From: Octopus vulgaris
Lineage: Eukaryota
Direction: 5' to 3'
DNA: 64,000 bases
Assembly: GCA_951406725.2 (NCBI GenBank)
Contig: OX597818.1
Span: forward strand, 125,612,001-125,676,000
Part shown: positions 54,374 to 64,000 of the stretch, in pieces
Layout of the letters: each line of letters begins with the position of its first letter
Position numbering within the stretch: the stretch's first letter is position 1
Notes under the pieces: model-generated
Database searches by the model: none
What the model saw: the letters and a program-made list of their open reading frames with translations, nothing else
Told to the model about the DNA's origin: nothing
Program-made: the position numbers and the translations under genes

Positions 54374-54635
54374 GTGAGGTATACTAGCCATCTCAATATG
54401 GCTAACCACTAAGGGTGGGTGTTATTGTAGCTTGTAGCCCCAGGAGAACATCGTCTCCAGCTGGTTTAGGCACACTTTCTATCCATTTATGGTATTTACA
54501 AAGGGAGGTCAAATACCATAATGGCACAGAAAGTGTGCCTAAAACCAGCTGGAGACGATGTTCTCTTGGGGCTACAAGCTACAGTAACATCCACCCTTAG
54601 TGGTTAGCCATAATGAGATGGCTAGTATACCTCAC
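54374..54635. repeat. ~260-bp fold-back palindrome (MITE-like)
   Basis: GTGAGGTATACTAGCCATCTCA...TGAGATGGCTAGTATACCTCAC. The arms pair almost to the centre (TATGGTATTT..AAATACCATA). Confidence 0.9.
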
Positions 54636-54878
54636 GGATTTATATCTAAAATGAACTAAACAGGAATCGAAACTGCTACATGAGCTCGATCGACGTCTGA
54701 ACGCATTTCTTTAGACAAAATCATTTCTTAAATGCAAAGAAGCCTACGTGACTGTTATCTGTATGCTAGACAGTTAAGTGGTCAGTGTATGCTTCTGTTA
54801 CTCATTATGTGCATTATCCTCTCTCTTTCTCTCTCTCCTTTTCTCTTGTTTTCTCCTTCGCTCATATGAATGTGTGCA

Positions 54879-54914
<36 letters not shown>

Positions 54915-55303
54915 TGTGCATGTTTTCGAATGGGTCGTGCGCGAGTGCTGTTGGTAATAAGGAACTATCGAAAATAGCAAAGGAATTTATATCTCTAAGA
55001 ATACACACGATTATAAGTATTCACCATTTCAGATATTATACACACACACACACACACACATGCGTATGTATGTATATATAAATTGATAGACAGAGAGAGA
55101 TATAGGTAGACAGGTAGGTAGAGTGATAGAGATAGATATGTGTATTGTATATGTGTGTATGTGTGTGTATATACATGCATTCACACATACATATATACAT
55201 ACATACATACATATATACACACATGCATGCATGCATACATTCATACATACATTCATACATACATACATACATACATACATACATACATGCATGCATACAT
55301 ACA

Positions 55304-55339
<36 letters not shown>

Positions 55340-55541
55340 TATGTATATATATATATAAATACCTTCGAAGTCTATTTTGCCTTTAGTTTTCCGGTCTTAA
55401 TATAATAATTACAGTTTAGGAGTCGATTATTAGCGTTGATCTAAAATTCTCTTCTTTCCGTGAGGTTAAATAATAGCAATTAATTTTAATGCATATTTTC
55501 CAATTGTTTCATCGATTGATATTTTATCAGAAGAGCATTAG

Positions 55542-55574
<33 letters not shown>

Positions 55575-55599
55575 TCTTTTATGCATTTCCTGTATTTGT

Positions 55600-55725
55600 T
55601 TCAGTCATTTGACTGCAGGCATGCTGGAGCACCGACTTTAGTCGAACCAAGGTGTCACGCAGTGGGACTGAACGCGGTACATGTGGTTGGGAAGCAAGCT
55701 CCTTACCACACAGCCATGCGTGCGC

Positions 55726-55727
<2 letters not shown>
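55600..55727 (-). mobile_element. Internally deleted SINE family A
   Basis: SINE head and tail joined, with no central domain. Confidence 0.7.
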
Positions 55728-55758
<31 letters not shown>

Positions 55759-56142
55759 CTAGCAGTATCGCCCGGCGTTGCTCAGGTTTGTAAGGGAAAT
55801 AACTATAAAGCATTTTTAGAGAGTTATAGCCACAAAATAGAAAAAAAATGGAAAAAAAATGATGGAAAATTTTTTTGAGAGTAAAAAAAGGTGGAGTTGC
55901 GTTCCCTAGACAGTTTGCGGTTTGTGTTTCTGATTCTCGACCCCATGTCGAATTTATCGATTTTTTTCAGAACTGGGTGAACTTTTCAAAATTTTCGCTG
56001 CGTTAGTTTTGAATTATGACATTGGGCTATGTGTGTGTCAAGTTTCATCAGAATCGGTTGAAAGCCGTGGTCAGGGTGAGGGTACAAGCAAACAGACACA
56101 CAGAAACACGCACAGACAAACTGCCGTTTATATAAAGAGAGA
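55759..56142 (-). mobile_element. Non-autonomous Helitron-like element
   Basis: Minus strand starts TC, ends CTAG, sits between A and T, and has a GC-rich subterminal hairpin-like segment. AAGTTTCATCAGAATCGG plus ACAGAC repeats are typical of such families. Confidence 0.65.
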
Positions 56143-56571
56143 TATATATAATACACATTATTCATATAAACACACATGCTGATTACTGGATTGATCAATT
56201 TAATAATCTGCTTTCCTATCAATCTAAACTGCACAATTTCAGTTCATTCTAAATATAAACACACATGCAATAGGCTTAGAAGTTTGCCGTTCCAAAAAGG
56301 TTATACTCATTATTGAATAATTATGCAACATAAATACCTTTCTCTTATTAATATAAGTTGTACACTCGAACACCTAGAGACGAAATGAAAGAAAAATAAT
56401 TGATTATACATTAATAAATGGAATCTTCAAGCATTATTTATTATAGATATACGTTATGCATATTTGATTTCACCCGTGTTAGTCTACTAGCATACATGTC
56501 TCCAGTATATGTTTTATGTATAAAAGTTTCAGCAATTTCAAAACATATATGTAATGCTTAAATTTATGACG

Positions 56572-56706
<135 letters not shown>

Positions 56707-56738
56707 GTTTGTCCCTCTGAATATATAGATGTGTGTAA

Positions 56739-56816
<78 letters not shown>

Positions 56817-57290
56817 AAGTGTATATATATATGTGTGTGTATGTGTGTGTATGTGTTTGTGTGTCTACCTATAGAAGGTTATAAAAAATTCAACATGGAG
56901 ACAAAATAAAAATTGACACAAAGTTAGTATAGCTTGCTGCTCAGGAAATGGGAAAATGTACTATTTAAGTTTCGAGTATTCACTCTCATTCCGAAAATAG
57001 GATAGATATGAAGAGAATGGAACGGGTACGCTTTACTATAACCACACATACACACATAAATGTGCACCTCCTGGAAGGAGAAAGACTACAGATCTAATCC
57101 ATCATTGGAAGTGCAAAAATCTATAAAACTTTCCATAAGTTTATCATTTAAATGTATATAAGCATGTCCAGATATGCAACTATATGCATGAGAATACAGA
57201 TCGACACATACATACATACATACATACATACATACATACATAATACATACATACATAATACATACATACATACATACATACATGCATACA

Positions 57291-57655
57291 TGGAGGCGCA
57301 ATGGCCCAGTGGTTAGGGCAGCGGACTCGCGGTCATAGGATCGCGGTTTCGATTCCCAGACCGGGCGTTGTGAGTGTTTATTGAGCGAAAACACCTAAAG
57401 CTCCACGAGGCACCGGCAGGGGATGGTGGTGATCCCTGCTGTACTCTTTCACCACAACTTTCTCTCACTCTTACTTCCTGTTTCTGTTGTACCTGTATTT
57501 CAAAGGGCCGGCCTTGTCACTCTCTGTGTCACGCTACGTTAAGGGTACACGTGTCTGTGGAGTGCTCAGCCACTTACACGTTAATTTCACGAGCAGGCTG
57601 TTCCGTTGATTCGGATCAACCGGAACCCTCATCGTCGTAACCGACGGAGTGCTTC
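57291..57655 (+). mobile_element. Full-length tRNA-derived SINE family C in (CATA)n
   Basis: A-box TGGCCCAGTGG, B-box GTTTCGATTCC. Other copies at 9281 and 30783 (head only). Confidence 0.9.
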
Positions 57656-58567
57656 CATCCACATACATACATACACTCACATACACACTGTACACGCACA
57701 CATACAAATATTTACGGATACATGACGTGTGACTTCAAGTGTACGTTGATACGTGGTTATAATCATTCGAACGAATGTTACACTTATTTGTTCAGCCTAA
57801 GATGACCCTGTCTCCTGCCAGTTTCATATGACAATGTCCAGAATGTGTAAAATCAAAGATAAATCCGTCAGTATTTTAGTGCTTTTGCATCGTTCAACAA
57901 TATTCTTCCATTGCACCGGCTCATGTATAATTTGAGCCAGCAAACGGAACGTCTACGTGCTCGACAGGTTTACTAGATGTAGCAACTCTATATCGCTGCT
58001 GGAATGCGTTTGATCGTAGGCCAGTTCAATCACGGATCTTCTGGGACTAAACAACAATAACGACTTCTACATTGTTGACCTCAGTAGACTTTAGTACTTT
58101 TGCCGAATCAAAGGGCCCATGTTCTGTTGATATCCAAACAAAAATGTTAATCCAGGCAACAGGAAAAGGCAATAAGTAACTCGTTTGGGAAATTGTTCTT
58201 GAGAATAGGCAAGTGATTTCAGATTATGATTCCATTTGACAGAAGCATTTCTCTGGGGCCAATCTAATGTAAGGATAATTAAGTAATTACTACTTGCTAT
58301 ATGTCAACACTGATTATTGTGATAAGGTATCCGCTGGTTTCATTTTGATGGCTGAAATATATCGAATATTTACCGGAATTTCTTCCAGGGTTAAATACAG
58401 GTAACGTTAATAGAATCCTTGGAAAGAAGAACGGTGCATATTAAGAAATTACTTTTTGAACGGTTTAATGTTTTTCATGTTTGTTAATAATCACATAATT
58501 GACGCTTTGCGTGCTGGAATTTCATATCCATTTCACATCATTTATGTCTTTTCTCATTTGATTTCAG

Positions 58568-58656
58568 ATGACGCGACACATTTTAATACTTAGCATTGTT
58601 GGCATGGTGCTAGTTTCTCTTGTAAATGCACGATATATCCCAGAAGAAGAATTGAA
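58568..58656 (+). CDS. First coding exon of a probable secreted protein or peptide precursor (MTRHILILSIVGMVLVSLVNA|RYIPEEEL..., phase-2 intron follows)
   Basis: Acceptor TTTTCTCATTTGATTTCAG directly before the ATG, donor GTAAGC. Basic n-region, hydrophobic h-region and V-N-A cleavage site. Confidence 0.7.
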
Positions 58657-59011
58657 GTAAGCAATTTTTATATTGAAATATTTTTAATAACGTCATAATT
58701 AAAAGATTGCTTTCATAAAAATTATTGCAAGTCGTTGTTATACAGAAACGTGTAGATCATTTTAAAATTCCCACACATGATACATTTAACTTTGTTTTAA
58801 TTAACGCGATAGCTTGTTGTAATTAATCACATCTCTTACGCACAATATATAGAGAAAATTCGGATTAGGGGAATCAAGTGGTGCTTAGCAGTTAATAATT
58901 ATTAAACGCTAAGCGCCACTTGTTTCCAAGATTCGTAAAATATAATATAGACAAAACTAATATAAAATAACAATACTACTACTAATAATAATAACAACAA
59001 TAATAATAATA

Positions 59012-59100
<89 letters not shown>

Positions 59101-59104
<4 letters not shown>

Positions 59105-59545
59105 CAGATAGAGAAATTAAGGCCAACAGACCAGATATAGTTGTCAGAGATCATGAAGAAAAAAAATGCTTTCTAATTGATGTATCAATACCGACAGATG
59201 ACAACGTGTCTCTAAAAGAAATGGAGGAACTCTCAAAATACAAAGACCTGGAAATAGAGGTAACTAGAATGTGGAACCTGAAAACAGAAACAATTCCTAT
59301 CATAGTAGGTGCATTAGGCATGATAAAAAAATATTCAGACAAATACATAACAAAAACACCAGGACTTACAAACACATATAACATACAGAAAATTGCACTA
59401 CTAGGCACTGCACACATCCTACGCAGAACACTTTCCATACAATAACCATCAGAGCATCACAACAAATCACAGCACATACCCAAGGCACACAGAGCTGCGC
59501 TCGGTAGTGAAGTGAAAGCACGCTATAAAAATAAAACTACTGAAC
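59101..59545 (+). mobile_element. Dong/R4-like LINE 3' end (RLE domain + 3' UTR), family 1
   Basis: NRPDIVVRD..CFLIDVSIP..KYKDL..IPIIVGALG..QKIALLGTAHILR. Flanked by (AAT)n. Confidence 0.9.
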
Positions 59546-59605
59546 AATAATAATAATAATGATAATAATAATAATAATTATTAAAAAAAAAAAATAAAAA
59601 AAAAA

Positions 59606-59632
<27 letters not shown>

Positions 59633-59637
<5 letters not shown>

Positions 59638-60090
59638 GTTTGCTTATTGATCGACATGAGCATCCCCTGTGATCATAATATCTCAGCGAAAGAGTTTGAC
59701 AAGCTCAGAAAATATAAAGACCTACTCATTGAAATTGAGAAAATGTGGCATCTCAAGGCGGTTACAATACCAGTGATCGTAGGAGCACTAGGAATAATCA
59801 AGAAGGGAACCGAAAATTATATGAGAATGATCCCTGGCTTACCATCCCTGCAAGAAGTGCAAAAGATTGTCTTAACTGGTACATCACACGTATTGAGAAG
59901 GGCATTGTCGATGTGAGAACTGTTGCTGCTCATGTATTTTAATATAACTTAAAAAACAAAAATTTCAAAAAATGAACGACTATTGAGTTTGGTTTAATGG
60001 CCTACCAATGTATACTATGAGTTTCTTTGCCCTAGGAGTCGGGAAGACACTCGGCAAGAAATGGAAGCAAATTTGAAAGAAGAAAAAAAA
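59633..60090 (+). mobile_element. Dong/R4-like LINE 3' end, family 2
   Basis: CLLIDMSIP..KYKDL..IPVIVGALG..QKIVLTGTSHVLR. Flanked by (AAT)n. Confidence 0.9.
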
Positions 60091-60091
60091 A

Positions 60092-62178
<2,087 letters not shown>

Positions 62179-62184
62179 TATAAT

Positions 62185-62221
<37 letters not shown>

Positions 62222-62223
<2 letters not shown>

Positions 62224-63465
62224 TCGTGGTGAAATAATGAAGGCAATTCAACCTGGCAATACTTGAGGCAGATGGAATCAAACACCACATCATAAAGGAA
62301 AAGGCAAAAGGAGAGTACTTGCGGCAAATTAGAAAAATATTGTCTTCAAAGCTGAATGCTAGAAGCATTTCGGCAATAAACTCACGCACAGTCATAGTAG
62401 TTCGCTATGGTGCTGGAATCCCGAAGTGGACAGAGGAGGAGCTAAAGGAGATGGATTGAAAGTCAAGAAAGCTCCTAACGATGCATGGAGCCCATCATCC
62501 ACGTGCAGGCACTGATTGCCTATACATGAAAAGAGCAAATGGAGGAAGGGGACCGGTGAGTATGGAAGACTGCGTACGTATCGAACTCGAGAGCTTAATG
62601 AGATGCCTAGCCCAAAGTAAGGAAACCTTGTTAGTGACAGATTAGAACGAGGGACTATTGAGAGCAGAGTGAAAAGGGAAAACAAAGGAAGAAGGGCAAA
62701 AAGGATATGATGAAGAATTACGCAGGGGACTACACAATCAATTATATGTAGCTACTATAGAAGTTGCTGGAAAAAATAGGTAGGATTCGCTGATGAAAGG
62801 AACTCTAAAAAAGAGACCGAGAGTACTATAGCGGTAGGTCAAAACCACGATCTGGTCACGAACTGGAGGGTCAAACCGCTGTGCTGTATCTGCAATAGAG
62901 TGGATGAAACCATTGACCATATCACGATCGAATGCTCTAGACTTGCCCAAAACCACTACAAGTGGTGACGACACAATCAGGTAGCGAAAGTGAAAAGTGG
63001 GGGCTAGAGAGAGGCAAGACTTGATATGGACACAAACTGTACAGTGTAGTGGAACTGGAGACTAGCAAAATCTTCTGGAATTTCCCAATTCCAACAGATC
63101 AGGTGCTAGAGCAGAACAGACCGGACCTAGGGGTGGTGGACAAGATGTACCACATATTCTATATAGTTGAAGTTGCATGTCCCTTCGTTCCCCGAATAGT
63201 CCAGAAGGAAGGCGAAACGTTAGATAGATACAACCCTCTTAACCCGGCTGTGGAAAAGGAAGAAGGTGCAGATAATGCCAATTATTGTTGGATCCTTGGG
63301 AACAGTATCAGAAGGCATCAAGAGGAATATAAATGAAATTGGAATAGAGTGCCCAGTAGAACTGTTACAAAAGGTTTGCCTGCTTGGCACGGCCAGAATA
63401 ATCAGGAAAGTATTAGATACCTGGAAAGAACGAATAGCCTGGTCCCGTAGGCTGTAGGTAGCAAG
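62222..63465 (+). mobile_element. Dong/R4-like LINE fragment, family 4
   Basis: IFWNFPIPTDQVLEQNRPDL..IVEVACPF and PIIVGSLG..LQKVCLLGTARIIRKVL. Confidence 0.88.
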
Positions 63466-64000
63466 CATGTATGTATGTATGTATGTATGTATGTATGTAT
63501 GTGCGTGTGTGTATGCGATGCTCCAGCATGACCGCAACTTCATGGCTAAAACAAGTAAAAGAGTACATATACTATATGTGTGTTTGGAAAGATTTTACTT
63601 TCTTTGTCACTTGCGTATTGATTTTTTTCAATGGTACTTAATTAGCTGATAAACATAATTAACTAACAATAAAAGGCTACAAATGCAACAGGAAACTCAA
63701 ATTTACTTACTAAGATACGAAGCAGCTATGAATGACTAAAAGCATAAAGGCCACTGCATGAAATCTGTAGCTTACAATCCAGACAAAATCGATCACAGTG
63801 ATGCAATTTTTTGAGATCTTTATGATTTTAATTAGCCAAACATAGTCAGAGTAATAAGTTGGGTATTAAAATATATTAAATAAAAAATATAACCTGAAGA
63901 GGAATTTACGTTCTCCATGTTTAGACTCTTGAAGAATGTTTCGATGCTTAGGAATAGAAATAGCTGTTTATTGATTAATGCCAGAAATTGCGTACATCTA

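Noticed and set aside
57291-57370. tRNA gene
   Set aside because: It is a SINE head: continues into a repeat body found elsewhere, with no proper acceptor stem or terminator.

Overview
AT-rich eukaryotic DNA saturated with microsatellites, with no prokaryotic features. The SINE and microsatellite make-up points to a cephalopod, probably Octopus (inference). Almost all ORFs in the track are (TA)n/(TATG)n/(CA)n/(TAA)n artefacts. Real content: three tRNA-derived SINE families, mariner remnants and MITEs, a hAT remnant, a Helitron-like element, a CR1/L2-type LINE, trains of Dong/R4-like RLE LINEs in (TAA)n, and several Penelope-like elements (PLEs; Neptune-like and Naiad-like). There is one probable host gene start: a TATA/Inr non-coding exon near 50.4 kb and a signal-peptide exon at 58.57 kb. 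The main signal not shown by the ORF track is about 10 different minimal type-I hammerhead ribozyme (HHR) families, read by hand. Nearly all have a palindromic stem III and three have a U3-A8 core. They include an ORF-less 362-bp HHR tandem array (retrozyme-like), a head-to-head double HHR palindrome, and a tRNA-B-box + HHR element. A permuted inverted duplication spans about 29.7-41.8 kb. All folds and alignments were made by eye; element boundaries are approximate.
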